Assembly (NCBI GenBank): GCA_951406725.2
Contig: OX597836.1
Coordinates: 49,972,001-50,036,000 of the forward strand
Direction of reading: 5' to 3'
Length of the DNA: 64,000 nt
Source of the DNA: Octopus vulgaris
Lineage: Eukaryota
Below the pieces are notes generated by a model. The model had not been told where the DNA came from. It saw only the letters and a program-made list of their open reading frames with translations, and did not search any database. Below are positions 13,401-26,663 of this stretch, in pieces. Numbering within the stretch: position 1 is the stretch's first letter; each line of letters starts with the position of its first letter. Position numbers and translations under genes: made by a program.

Positions 13401-14309
13401 ATCCTGCAGAAACACACTCATTTTCTGCTACTGTTATTTTTGTATGAATGTAGGTTTTATATGTGTGTGTGTGTATATATATATATATCTTTTTCACCTT
13501 TTATTTGTTTCAGTCATCAGATTGCGGCCATGCTGGGGCACTTTCTTGAAGAATTTTTAATTGAATGAAACTCCAGTAATTATTTTTTTTTTATATATGC
13601 TTGGTTCTTATTCTATTAACTCTTGCCACCCACACTCATATTTGTCTGAGCTGAGTTTTAGCAGAGATGTAATATTATTGTAGGATGTTGTGGATGTATT
13701 TAGAAGTGACTATAGAAAGGAATAGACAGGGGCTGCGAGGGCTTGTTGGCTGCAGAAATGGACAGTATCACTCCAATGTCTTGATGGTTTTATTAATTTT
13801 GAGTAATCATTTTATAGGTGTCAATGGTTGAATGATGTGGTCTGGGCACAACCTCTGGTCATTGCAAGGTTGTGTTGTTTTTTGTGATTGTGGAGAGTTT
13901 AAGTGCTTGGGTAGAGCTGGCATAATCCAGTGAAGAAGTTAAGAGGGTGGTTGTTTCAGATTAACTCAGGTCAGCTTTTGATCAAGAAAATTTCTCAGGC
14001 CATACTTCTTAGATGTTGAAGGATATCAGTCAACTTCAAGCATCAGAGACCATTATAGTAGCAGTGGCAAAAGTAGTGAGAAGACTAAGTTCTGGAGGTT
14101 GGAGGCTGGAGTATGTTGGTGAGTGACTTCAGGCTAATCTGTTGGGAGACTCTTTTCAGAGATACACCATCAGCTCTCTCCCTCTCTCTCTCACACACTC
14201 TCACTCACTCACTCACACAATATATTTCCAACAGTTTCTCTGACATGAAAGTAATATTCTATCCTGGTTTTTACGTGAGTTTTCAATTCAGTTCAGTTAA
14301 CTGTTGGTA

Positions 14310-14440
14310 GCAGAAATATTTCCTGGCCTTGGAAAGGAAGGTCAGTCTTTGTAACAGAGTCTTTCCTATGTTGAGGATGTGTGAGTAATAGGAAGCATTG
14401 GTGTGGTTTAAGATATGTCTTGCAACTTGGAGGGTTCTAG
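14310..14440 (-). mobile_element. possible CR1/Jockey-group LINE C-terminal fragment
   Basis: Minus-strand translation HILNIGKTLLQRLTFLSKARKYF resembles the post-RT region. Confidence 0.35.
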
Positions 14441-15029
14441 TTGTGTATTGTGTTTAGTGTGTGTATGGAGGGTTCCATGATTGCTTCCTTGGTATGGTAG
14501 TGATTGCGAAACGAGATTGCCATAACCTTGTTGGGGAATACAAACACAGACACCTCTTGGGATTAGTCAGACTCCTACTTCTTGAAGATGGCGGCGGCGG
14601 CGGTCAGTCCTCATTGAATGGACACAGGATGACAGACATTCCACTATGACCATTCTATATTTAGTACTACATTATACAATGTGTTCTTTTTCAAGATAGA
14701 AGGCTGAGATTTGAGGGAAATTTGGCTGCTATTTCCAGCAAGTCTTGTGTCCTAGAAGACCCTTACTGACTCTTGTGGTGGTGTTAGATGTAATGGTGGA
14801 TGTCCTTTATAGAAGCAATGACAATGACCATCACAACTTTCAATTAACCCCCCCCTTCTCTCTCGTAGCATTTTAGGTACCTCTAAACATCTGTATTTGA
14901 TGGGGTAGGTTAGGGGTGGGATGGGGCCTGTAATGCACTCCTCACTCTGTTGAGGCAATGTTAGAAAGAAGTGTTTTTTGAGGGACATTTTAGGGTTTAT
15001 TGAAATGTGTAGCTACAGTGTGTTGCTTC

Positions 15030-15330
15030 TCTCTTACTTGTTCCAGTCATTGGACTAAGCCATGCTGGAGCAACACCTTGGAAGATTTAGTTGAGCAGAA
15101 CTAAGTAATGGGGATGTAAACAAACCAACAGCAGTTGGCAATTGGTGGTGGGGAATCAAACAAACACACAAACACATATACAATGGGTTTCCACAGAGTT
15201 TCTAAGGCCTTGGTCAGTCCTAGGCTATTGTAAAAAAAAAATTGCTCAAGGTGTCATGCTCTGGGACTGAACCCAAATCCACAGATTTGCAAAGCAAGCT
15301 CCTTAATCGCACAGACACTCCTGCACCTGG
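15030..15330 (-). mobile_element. family B SINE (degraded)
   Basis: CAGTCATTGGACT..CATGCTGGAGCA..CAAGGTGTCATGC..TGGGACTGAACCC. Confidence 0.7.
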
Positions 15331-16194
15331 CCAAAAAAAAAGCATAAAAAGACAAAGAAAAGAACTGAAAAACTTGGACAAAATTTAGGAAAAAATGTTT
15401 TTTGGTTTAATAATAATAAAAATACTGAAGGAATTTTCATAAGAAAATAAGACTGAGATGAAAGAGAAAGGATTTTGTAAAGAAGTTCTGAGTGGAAAAG
15501 ACAAGGAAAGAAACTGGTAAATGAAGGAAAGCAGCGAAGGAGAATGGGGAGGAGAGGGAATAGAAGAAGAAGAAGAAGCGGCTTTCTGTTTTCTTTTCTT
15601 GTCTTTGTAGGGTTAAGTTATGGCTGTGTGGTCAAGAAGCTTGCTTTGCTACCAAATAGTTTCAGGTTCACTTCCTCTGTGGAGCACCAACTTCAGGCCT
15701 GTGACAACCAATGTCTACTGAGATGGTTTGGTAGATGTAAGCTGTGTGGAAGCTTGTTGTGTGTGTGGTCATCATCATCATCATCATTATTTAATGTCCA
15801 ATATACCATGCTGGCATGGGTTGGACAGCTTGACAGGAGGTAGGCAAGGCTGGAGAGCTGCACTAGGTTCCATTGTCTGTTTCGGCACGGTTTCTACAGC
15901 TTGATGCCCTTCCTCATGCCAACCACTTTACAGAGTGGACTGGGTGCTTTTTATGTGGTGTCAGCACAGTGCCTATTATGTGTGTGCGTGTGTTTGTCTA
16001 CCCCCCCCCATCTGCTTTATAACTGGTGCTGGTTTGTTTATGTCCCCATGCAGTTTAGCATGTGAGACTGATAGAATATATACCAGACTTTAAAAGATAA
16101 ATACTGGTTACAAGTTGTTTGAATAAACCCTTCAGGACAGTGCCCCAACCTGGCCACAATCCAGTGAATGAAACAAGTAAAAAGAGAAAATACA

Positions 16195-17521
16195 AACTGT
16201 TGGATCAGGTGATGAAAGTTAGAGAGAGAGAGAGCCATAGCCCAACTAATTAGGCAGAGAGTTAGTCCAGGTGTGATGCAGTTTGGTTTTGTGCCAGGTA
16301 GAAGCACCACTGATGCTATATTTCTGGTAAGGCAGCTGCAGGAGAAATACATAGCCAAAGGTAAACCTCTGTACTTGGCCTTTGTTTACTTGGAGAAAGC
16401 CTTTGACAGGGTCTCCCAATCCCTTATCTGGTGGTTGATGCAGAAACTAGGGATAGACAAGTGGTAGGTGAGAGCTGTATAAGCTATGTACAGGGATGCT
16501 ACCAGTAAGCAACAAGTACGGCAAAGAATTCAGGGTACAAGTAGGGATTCACCAAAGATCAGTCTTCAACCTCCTCTTGTTCATCATAGTTCTCCAGGCA
16601 AAAACAGAGAAATTTAAAACTGGCTGCCCCTGGGAGCCCCTCTATAATGATGATGACCTTGTTCTTATAGCTGAATCACTCCAGGACTAGAGAAGTTCCA
16701 GGTATGGAAGCAAGGTCTAGAATCGAAGGGCCTTAGAGTTAACCTAGCAAAAGCCAAAATTTTAATAAGTAGGAAGGCAGACAAATCACAAATCCCTTCA
16801 GATAGAGCTCCTACCTCTGCAGGAAACAAAGGGCCTCTCCCTCTGAGTGAAAGGCAGATTGTACAATGCCTGTGTATGAACAGCTATGTTATATGGTAGT
16901 GAAACATGTAACTTCTGAGGACATGTGAAGCCAGTATGCTTTGCTGGATGTGCAATGTCAGTGTGCATGTTCACTAGGGTGTAAGCTTCTCGAGAGAAAA
17001 AACTTGGGAATAAGCGGCATCAGACTGTGTTGGTATGGTCATATGAGGTGTAAGGACAAGGACGGCTATATAAAGAAGTGCTAATCTCTAATTGTGGAAG
17101 GGGTAGACCCACCCAAGTGAAATTGTAGTCGTGGCTGATGCTCGTGTCCTTTTGCTGGTAGCATGTAAGAAGCACCTTTCAAGTGTTGGGCCTCATGGAG
17201 GCAAAGTGGCTGGGCTCGTTTTGAGTGTTGGGCCTCTCGGAGGCAAAGACTGAGACCTTTGGCATTATGTCGTGCTTGAGAAGAAAACTCATCAAAACCG
17301 TAGTCATGGCAGATACTGGTGCCATGCAAATGGCACCTGTGCCAGTGGCATGTAAAAGCACTCATTACATTCTCGGAGTGGTTAGCATTAGGAAGTGCAT
17401 CCAGCCGTAGAAAACCATGCCAAGTCAGACTGGAGTCTGGTGCAGCCTTCCAGCTTACCAACCCTGGTCAAACCGTCCAACCCATGCCAGCATGGACGAC
17501 AGATGTGAAATGATGATGATG
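16195..17521 (+). mobile_element. 5'-truncated, degenerate RTE-clade LINE
   Basis: RT motifs QFGFVPGRSTTDAIFLVRQLQEKY..LYLAFVYLEKAFDRV, VGIHQRSVFNLLLFIIV and LYNDDDLVLIAES with stops and frameshifts; 3' UTR ends CCATGCCAGCATGG..(GAT)n. Confidence 0.9.
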
Positions 17522-17955
17522 TACCTTTTCAGGAATCGGTAACCCCAACCCTCTGAAGCCCTTCACTCCTCGATTTTTCACATCTTTTGCCTTCATTAAT
17601 TATCATTTTGGGAAATAAGCATTTTTTTCTTCTCTCTCCCTTTCTCCCTCCCTTCCTCTCTCCCCACCCTTCTCTCCCTCCCTCCCACTCTCTTTCTCTC
17701 ACTATTCCTTTTATTTGTCAGCCAGTCCCTTTTTCTTTTCCTTTTTATTATACCCTGTCCACCTCAAGAGATGGGTAATGAAGGCTAGTGGTCCTTGGCA
17801 CAAGTCTACCAGGTTCACTTTGCAGGAAATGCTTCGGGTTCCTAGCTTTGTTTGTCTGGCCATAACATTGAGAGTAAAGAATCTTCCAATGCAGGCACTT
17901 TCCTCTCATTTTGTTCTATCATTTCTATTCTTATAATAATAATAATAATAATAAT

Positions 17956-18219
17956 CTCAAAATACAAAGACCTGGAAATAGAGGTAACCAGAATGTGGAA
18001 TCTGAAAACAGAAACAATTCCTATCATAGTAGGTGCATTAGGCATGATAAAAAAATATTCAGACAAATACATAACAAAAACACCAGGACTTACAAACACA
18101 TATAACATACAGAAAATTGCACTACTAGGCACTGCACACATCCTACGCAGAACATTTTCCATACAATTACCATCACAGCATCACAACAAATCACAGCACA
18201 TACCCAAGGCACACAGAAC

Positions 18220-18220
<1 letters not shown>
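17956..18220 (+). mobile_element. 3' end of R4/Dong-clade (RLE) non-LTR retrotransposon inserted in (AAT)n
   Basis: KYKDLEIEVTRMWNLKTETIPIIVGALG..IQKIALLGTAHILRR is a typical RLE C-terminus; (AAT)n lies on both sides. Confidence 0.85.
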
Positions 18221-18296
<76 letters not shown>

Positions 18297-18972
18297 TAAT
18301 AACAATAATTTGGCTGCTATTTCTAGCAATGAACCTCATTAGCTTTGTAGAGTCTTTTCTGTGTATATGTAGAATCAATATGGAATTGTAATTTTGGTTG
18401 AAGCAAAGATATTCAGATCCTGTTTTGGTTAACAGCTTCCACTTAATGGTGTATACTTCTGTTTTATGAGGATGGATTTAATGAGAAATATGGTTCCGAA
18501 TGAAGGCCACTACATGCAGCCCATGATCTGTGTAAAGTGCAGACACAGAAGACAGATTTTGCATTCTAAACTTGATCAAGTTGATCTTGTACCTAGTGAC
18601 AGAGGCTTTGTCGTTAGTGGACACTAGTATATTCGTGTGAGTAGTAGTAGGAGGAGTGGTGCTACTGAAGTGCATGTGCTTGTCTTAGTTTCTTTGTAAT
18701 GGACAATGTTCTATACAAAGAGTAGACGGTGGTGGTGGTGGTGGTGGTGGTAGTGCAAGATGCAACAGCACATCTGACTGCATGTCATTTAGTAGCCAGT
18801 GGATAGTGGATCAGAGGCTTAATTAGTTATTGATTAATGACTTAGGATGATGGAGTAAACTTGAAGACATCGTTGCCTAATATGATGGATGGGCGGGGCT
18901 ACATACAGGGATTGTCTATCACCTTCACAATTAACCGTTTAAAATCTACACATGTATAGGTATATATATATA

Positions 18973-19360
18973 TCATCATCACCATCATCATCGTTTAACG
19001 TCCGCTTTCCATGCTGGCATGGGTTGGACGGTTTTGACTGAGGACTGGCGAACCAGATGGCTGCACCAGGCTCCAATCTCGATCTGGCAGAGTTTCTACA
19101 GCTGGATGCCCTTCCCAACGCCAACCACTCTGAGAGTGTGGTGGGTGCTTTTACATGCCACCGGCACGGGGTCCAGTCAGGCGGTACTGGCAACAACCTC
19201 ACTTGAATCTTTTTACACATGCCACTTGCACAGGTGCTAGTAAGGCGATGCTGATAACGATCCCGTTCGAATGGTGCCTTTTACGTGCCACTGGCATGGA
19301 AGCCAGTTAGTCGCTCTGGCAACGGTCACGCTTGGATGGTGCTCTTAGCACCTTACTAGC
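18973..19360 (-). mobile_element. RTE-type 3' UTR copy
   Basis: (CAT)n CGTTTAACGTCCGCTTTCCATGCTGGCATGGGTTGG..CTGGATGCCCTTCC; homologous to 17340-17520, 24690-25085, 15770-15970 and 54946-55190. Confidence 0.85.
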
Positions 19361-20189
19361 ATGGGGCTGTGTGTGTAATACTTAAAACATCTACTTTTCC
19401 ATGCTTGCATGGCAGATTTGTCTCTAACTGGATGCTCTCCCTGTCGCCCACCCTCACCTGGTAATATTTCCCTATGGCTGCTTGGCATGTTTGTCCAGAA
19501 TATGGGAAACGATTGACACTGCTTATATGAGAGTGACGCTCATTTACAACTCTCATGCGCTGTCACACACACATCCATACATGCATGTCCTCTTGCATAC
19601 GTCTACATATGCACTTATGTATGCCAACATATATGTTTGCATACACATATATTCAAGTATACACCAGGCTCTACACACTCACATACTTGTAGGATGCTAA
19701 TGTAGTCACCTGCTGTGTTGCTATTTCATCTTCAATTATAATGTTTATGAAGCCAAACTCTTGCTGGCACCAGTGTTATTTTTTGAGGGTCAAAGTTCAA
19801 AGTCAACGTGACTTGCAAGGTCAACCCCAGAAAGTACCCCTTTGCTTTTTTATGTGTTTTTTAAATGTGAGAAAGAAGAGCATTTATATATCTTTTGTAA
19901 ATGTTCAACCAACAGAGATAAGGTTAGTGTTGTTATGCAACCTGACTGATTGACTCTGATTGAGCAGAGATAGGCTTTATAGGTCATTGGAACTCACAGA
20001 GCAATTCTTTTCTTTTCTTTTTTTTTTGTTTTTTTTTGCTTATTATTGCTGCTTCTCAACAATGTGTCTTCAGGTTCTGTCCTACTCTACAGCTCTTTGG
20101 GCCAATGTCTTCTACTCTAATTCCTGCTTTACCAGTATCTTACGAAGGAGTTTTGACGGACAGAAATCTAATGAATGGTTCTGTTAGGT

Positions 20190-20800
20190 GACCATTCTCC
20201 CAAGCAATCGAGCAGATGTCGCTTAGTGGTTAGGGCGATCCAACCGCAGAAAATCGGAGTTCAAACCGGCATTGCCTTGAGATCAGCTGCCAAATATTGA
20301 TGCTCGACCCTATCAGCTGGCAAATATGAGCCCTGCCTGTAATTTCGTCTACCCACCATTTCATGATGAAGTGCATCCTGGTAGAGGTTGTCGGGTTCCT
20401 GTCTGTGGAATACTGCCACTCACCATTAATTTCTACGACAAGCGCCGATCTCTTGGCCAACACCTTGGCCAAAATCTTCAGACCTGATGAAGGGCCTGAT
20501 ATATATGATATATAAATATATATATAACATATGTTCTCCTTGTTTGGGTCCTATATAAACAGTAGTGCCAACGCCCATCGATTCACAAAAGTGGGGAATT
20601 CTCTCATTTTGTTGCTGCACTTGCGGTAGACGTCTGCTAGGCGCGAAAACAAAGTGATCGAAATGAGACAACTCGCAGGGCATCTCAAATGACAGGCATC
20701 TGTTTCATCTTTGTTTTGACTCTTATCAATACTGCATACCTGATGTCTTGCTTGTCTGTGACTTATTTTCAGGAACGTTGACAAGATGTTCTCTTACACC
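20190..20800 (-). mobile_element. degenerate L1/Tx1-clade LINE RT fragment
   Basis: Minus-strand peptides LKILAKVLAKR, DRVEHQYLAADLKA and SDICSIAWENGHL in RT domain order. Confidence 0.7.
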
Positions 20801-20820
20801 TAAAATGCAGCCGACCCAGC

Positions 20821-20976
20821 ACACACACACCTTGTCTGTTTGATTTTGTTTATACACACACACACACACCTTGTCTGTTTGATTTTGTTTATACACACAC
20901 ACACACACCTTGTCTGTTTGATTTTGTTTATACACACACACACACACACACACCTTGTCTGTTTGATTTTGTTTAT

Positions 20977-20995
<19 letters not shown>
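20821..20995. repeat. compound minisatellite
   Basis: Four identical CTTGTCTGTTTGATTTTGTTTAT units separated by (AC)n tracts of variable length. Confidence 0.95.
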
Positions 20996-21034
<39 letters not shown>

Positions 21035-23379
21035 CTGGGTGAACTTGGCATGGGGAATGGAAAACGCAATGTTTTGGACTGTCTAAATGAAAATACAAAC
21101 CTGGCCAATGTGCATCACGCTTTGGAGCTTGATCATCTTATGTGATGATGATGATGATGATGATGATACATGATGATGATGATGATGACAACGATGATGC
21201 GCGATGATGCTTTTGATTTCCTCTCATATTGACCACAAAGGATATGGGTTGCACCAGGAAGTGCATTGAACTGTAAGATTCTACTTCAAATTTACTCCTA
21301 AACAAATGTTAAAGGAAATCAAAAACTTACATGTGAAAATGGACAGCAATTTTTTTGTGTGTTTTGGAAAACCTCGGAGAAAAGTGAGAAGTTATTGTCA
21401 TGTTTACAATGATGGAAACTGCAGGGAGCAGAAAATGATGGACTGAGTTTGCAACTGAAGTGGTTTCAGATTCAGTGCCATTGTGTAGTACCAACTTTGG
21501 CATGCGTCTTCTATCATAGCTCTGAGTTAACCAAAGCCTTGTGAGTGGATTTCAATAGATGGAACTGAAAGAAACCTGTTGTGTGTATATGTACATACAC
21601 ATATGTGTATGTATGTTGTACAAAGTATGTGTATGTTTGTGTCTTTATATCATGTGATAGTTGTAAATGAGCATCACTGTCATACAAGTGTGGTTGTTTG
21701 TTTCCTGTGTGGCCATGAGGAAATCTTACCTTACTTGGAAACGGTTGAGGGTTGATGAGAGGAAGAGTGTCCAGCCATAGAAAATCTGCCTCAACAGATT
21801 CTGTCTAACCCGTGTAAGAATGGGTAAGTGAATGTTATGTGATGATAACAGCAGGAAATGAAGAGCCTTGCCCAAGGGCACAATGTGCTGCCGGACCCTG
21901 CTAGTCCAACAACCTAACCATCAAACCCCTCACACCATCATGATGAAAGTATTTTCTCGGGTAATAATTGCGTTTGCTGCATTCTGTTGGTTCTTCCATT
22001 GGTGTCATGTGTTTGGTTGGAGGACAAATAGATTGATATTCATAAAACTCAGAAGTTGGTTACGAAAGATAAAGCATGTCTCCACAGATAACGAGGGAGA
22101 AAGAGAAAGAGAGAGAAAGAGATAAACTGAAGATGGAATGCAAGCTGGAATAATGTCAACTATTTAGCAGAGGTAGAGGCACGGCTTCCAAACCACATGG
22201 TTCAGGGTTCAGTCTCACTGCATGGCATCTTGGGCAGTGAAATCTGCTGAAGTCACCCAAAGACCAGATGGTGATGTTGTCGTTAAACTGGACACTGGCT
22301 TTTGTCTGCCATCCAAAATCTTACCAGAAAAAAGCTGGGAACAGATTCTGTAACACATCTCATCCAGTGCCCTAACAATTTTACATATTCCCTGTTCCTG
22401 AACTTTATTTTATTAACCCCAAAAGCATGAAAGGCAACATTGATCTTGGCAAGATTTGAACTCAGAAAACCTCAACAAATATCACAAGGCAGTTTATCCT
22501 ATATTCTAACTCCTCTGCTAATTCACTTGGATGGTATTTAGGGTTAGTGTTATATTAGGGTTTGTTTTTATTAGGAATAATGAGAAATCCATATTCCTTT
22601 GGGGAGTTTGCAGCTCTTAGGTAGGGGTGGGTATTTTGTTTATTTAGAGCAAAGGTGTGTGGCCTAGTGGCTAGGGTATTGCAGTTAGGATTGTAACATC
22701 AGGGTTTCAGTTCCCAAACTGGGCAATGCACCATGTTGAACAAAACCCTTCAGTTGCTCTTTCTCTGATCTGTGATGTAGTGCTGTCCTGTTCTGTTGAG
22801 AATGTTGTGATCTTGGTCAGTTACATGTTATGGAAAGTGGGTAACTAGGCCCTGCAGGAGTTGTAAGGGGTCAAAATACCATTGTTTTTTTTTAATTTTA
22901 AATTCAAACAACAGGCTGGTTAGGGGGTCACCAATTGTGTGGAGAGTACAAGGAATGTTGATGTTGTTTTTTAGCCCTTAGCTCTTTAGGCATTCCAACT
23001 GTGATGGACCCTTTTTTTTTTTTCAGGCACAGTGTATTCCAGTTACAACAATGTGTCCTTTTTTATTAAGACGGTAAAGTGTGATTTAAGGGAGATTTGG
23101 TTGCTATTTCTGGCATATCAAGTAATCGTGTAGAGGCTCCCTCATTGGCTCATGAGAGATGTCTTCTCATACGGGTATGTTGAATCATCTAAATTCTTTT
23201 TTTTAGTTCTGAACTCAGCTTCTAAACACACACACACACACACACACTCTCTCTCTCTCTCTCTCTCACACACTCTCTCACTCTGTCACATCCTGGACTG
23301 CATTTCAAAGAACACCATCCACTAACAGACCAGTAATGACTCAATGACCCACTGCAATGACCAGCTCATAGATGCATCG

Positions 23380-23476
<97 letters not shown>

Positions 23477-23929
23477 TCTACTTTCAAGCTGCTCTGCCCT
23501 CACTTAACTGCTACCATTTCTCTACACACAATCTCCTTCACTCTGTCTTATCTCACTGAATGTCAAACTTGTTAACTATTTCCCTCAGTTCCATCAGGGT
23601 CTGCTATGCTTCTCACCGTATTCTCTTCCTTCAGACCTAAAATGTTTGTTGCCGTCATGTCATCCTTTGGATCCAAGGATTTCTTTCCCTGGACGAATAT
23701 CTTAACCATTAATGCCACTGCCAAATGTGGCCAGCAAGGCCAATCTTGCATAGAACACTTTGCTTTGGCCACATCTCACTGTTACAATCAAACATGGTTG
23801 CTGCTGCCTGGCCTTCTGTTGCCGGTGTCTCTTCCTCCTCCTCTTCTCTTATTCTTTCTCTTTCAGACAACATTACATTATTGTTTATGCTTTGTTGGTA
23901 GTCAGGAGTTCGGTTGAAGATGGTCTGCT

Positions 23930-24145
23930 TCAGAGTTGATTTTAGCTGATCTTTCTAGCCAAAGAAGGGACTCCGTCTTTGTCTTTTCCAAGATGGATAT
24001 TCACTGAAAGAGGATTTGATGAGGAAATCATTCCTTGTTCATCCTGATGACATGTTTGGTCCATCAAAGACGATGTTAATGATTAGCGATTCAGGGCTTT
24101 GGCAATTTGCTCATTCCCTTGTGGAGTGATGTAGTCAAACCACTT
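23930..24145 (-). mobile_element. degraded RTE-like C-terminal fragment
   Basis: Minus strand WTKHVIRMNKE*FPHQILF resembles LRWxGHVxRMxxxRxPKQILY. Confidence 0.5.
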
Positions 24146-24397
24146 AATGTTCAGGAGAGAGCAAAGTTTTAAAATGTTGCACAAAGCAAGAAACATACTC
24201 TGTGTCTCTCTCAAGGCTGTGTGGAACCCATAGTTCTGGGTTCAGTCCCCCCATGTGACGCCTTGGACAAGTGCCATCTGCTATGGCCTCTGGCTCACCA
24301 TATGTATGTGTGTGTGTGCGTATACGTATATATATATGTATGTATATATATATGTATATATACATGTATATATATATATATGTATATATATATATAC

Positions 24398-25084
24398 ATG
24401 GGATGAGGTGGTGAAGCATGACCTTCGAACATTGGGCCTTACAGAGGCAATGACAAAAGACTGAGACCTCTGGAGGTATGCTGTGACTGAGAAGACCTGG
24501 CAAATAAAGTGAGATCACAGCTATAGCTTACACTAGTGTCGTATAACCAGCCCACTCAAAAGTACCTTGGATCGTAGGGCAACATGCTGTGCTTGAGGAG
24601 ACCTATTGAGTCAAGTACATCAAAATCAAATCAAACCTCAATCAAATGGAAATTGTAGTTGTGGCTAATGCCAGCGATGCGTGTCTGGCTCCCCGTGCCG
24701 GTGGCACATAAAAGGATCCAAAAACGTGGTTGACGCCAGCCCCCTCACCTTGACTGGCTCCTGTGCTAGTGGCACGTAAAAAGCACCATCCGATGTGGCT
24801 GATGCCAGCACTGCCTTCACTGGCTCCCCTGCCGGTGGCATGTAAAAGCACCATCCAGATGGGGTCGGTGCCAGCTCCCTCTGGCCCCTGTGCCACTGGG
24901 GCATAAAAAGCACCCATTACACATTTGGAGTGGTTGGGCATTAGGGAAGGGCATCCAGCTGTAGAAAAATTTGGTAGATCAGATTGGAGCCTGGTGCAGC
25001 CTCCTGGCTTCCCAGACGGGCCCAATCAAACCGTCCAACTCATGCCAGCATGGAAGACGAATGTCAAATGATGATGATGGTGAC

Positions 25085-25085
<1 letters not shown>
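24398..25085 (+). mobile_element. RTE LINE 3' end (ORF tail plus long 3' UTR)
   Basis: [21 protein letters not shown] then a UTR with repeated GTGCC-NGT-GGCAC-GTAAAAAGCACC-like motifs and a (GAT)n tail. Confidence 0.85.
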
Positions 25086-25126
<41 letters not shown>

Positions 25127-25301
25127 ACGCAATGTCTTCTATCATATATTCATTATGTATGATGTGTGTAGTTGTAAGACTTCTTTACATTATTTAATTA
25201 TGGGAAAAAAAAGAGGAAAGGGGGGGGAGGAATAAAAAAATAAAGAGAAAGAGAAATATATAAAAATGTAAATATAGAAGGGTATAAAATATATGTGTGT
25301 G

Positions 25302-25347
<46 letters not shown>

Positions 25348-25813
25348 AGGGGTGTATGTGGTGTGTGTAAAATGGTGTGTGAGATGGAGATGTGTGTGTG
25401 TGGAAACCGGAGAGAGAGGGAGATGGGGGGGAGAGAGAGAAGAAGAAGAAAATAAGAAGGAGAGAAGGGTGGTGGAAAGGAACTGGGAAGGAAGCAAAAA
25501 AATAAATAAAGAGATAAAAAAAAAATAAAAAAGAGAGAGAGAGGAAAGGAGAGAAAATAAAATATAAATAGGAAATATATACAGAAAAAACACAAATAAA
25601 TATAATATATAATGGAGAGAGAGGCAGAGGAGAAACAAGAATAAAAATATAAAGAGAGGAGATAGAGAGGAGAGAGAGAGAGAAAAAAGAAAAGGGCGCA
25701 ATGATGAGTAAAGACAGGGGAAAGACATACATGGTGCTGGAGATAAAAACTGCAATAGCATTGACACAATTTGGGGTATTATATATATATATATATATTG
25801 AATACGACCATTA

Positions 25814-25913
25814 NNNNNNNNNNNNNNNNNNNNNNNNNNNNNNNNNNNNNNNNNNNNNNNNNNNNNNNNNNNNNNNNNNNNNNNNNNNNNNNNNNNNNNN
25901 NNNNNNNNNNNNN
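25814..25913. other. assembly gap (100 N)
   Basis: Run of exactly 100 N, preceded by noisy purine-rich low-complexity sequence. Confidence 0.99.
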
Positions 25914-26519
25914 TCTTTTAGTCAAGTGGAACGAACCGATTCAATGGATTTTGTCTGTTATTGCAGAGGCAGATTTAGTGATTGCTTGAGCGACCACGTG
26001 TGGCTGGCATCATTGGGGCAATTCTGCATCAGCTTCACCATTCTTATTCCAGTTGCCATTTCTCTTACCATTATCTTAATTCCTGATGAGGTTCTGAGAC
26101 GTTTGGCTGCTGCGACCATATTCCTCTTTGTGTTTTTAGGAAAGAAAATGTGTTTGTCCATTCACTGACATCAATTCTTATGTCTCTGCCTCCATCCATC
26201 CCTATATTTCCTTGGGTATGTGTGTGTGTTTATCTCCAGCACCAAAACAAGGTCAATGTCCTCTCGGCCCAACTGACCAAACAACTGAGCACCATTTGTC
26301 TTGTTTTCATCTTTAATGATCTCTTTCATTGCTTTTACTTTTTCTTTATTATTGTTCTCTCTCTCTCTCCCCCCTCTCTCTCTCTCCCTCCCTCCCCCTC
26401 TCTCTCTCTCCCTCCCCCCCTCTCACTCTCACCTCCCCTCCCCCCATCTCTCTCTTAAATGTTTATTCTCTTCATTCATATCTTCTTTTTTTTTTTGTCT
26501 CGTTTCTCTCTCTTTAAAG

Positions 26520-26663
26520 GTTGTGGGTATTTTTGCTGGTTTTGGAGTCCTACTGCTTATAGCTTCACCATTCCTGCTGATGGCTGCTCCCTGTATTCTG
26601 TGCTGCAAATGTAAACTATGTAAATGCTGTGAAGATGAAGAAGGCGAGAGTTTGTCGTCATAG
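26520..26663 (+). CDS. RNF144: terminal coding exon of RNF144-family RBR E3 ubiquitin ligase (TM helix plus Cys-rich tail)
   Basis: Long polypyrimidine tract and TTAAAG| acceptor; VVGIFAGFGVLLLIASPFLLMAAPCILCCKCK..* closely matches the RNF144A C-terminus as I recall it (VVGIFAGFGLLLLVASPFLLLATPFVLCCKCK). Confidence 0.92.
   Translation, partial: VVGIFAGFGVLLLIASPFLLMAAPCILCCKCKLCKCCEDEEGESLSS

Noticed and set aside
18481-18627. Short ORF containing MQPMICVKC as a possible RNF144 IBR exon
   Set aside because: The Cys/His spacing does not fit an RBR domain and there are no suitable splice sites.
20212-20275. tRNA-like stretch (TAGTGGTTAG..GAGTTCAAACC)
   Set aside because: I could not build a cloverleaf, and the opposite strand continues the L1/Tx1 RT reading.
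20821-20995. CRISPR-like repeat/spacer pattern
   Set aside because: The spacers are only (AC)n, the context is eukaryotic and there are no cas genes. The 28-bp array at 47848 also lacks unique spacers.
25190-25769. Three overlapping 180-190-aa hydrophobic ORFs
   Set aside because: Low-complexity, probably low-quality sequence at a contig end.
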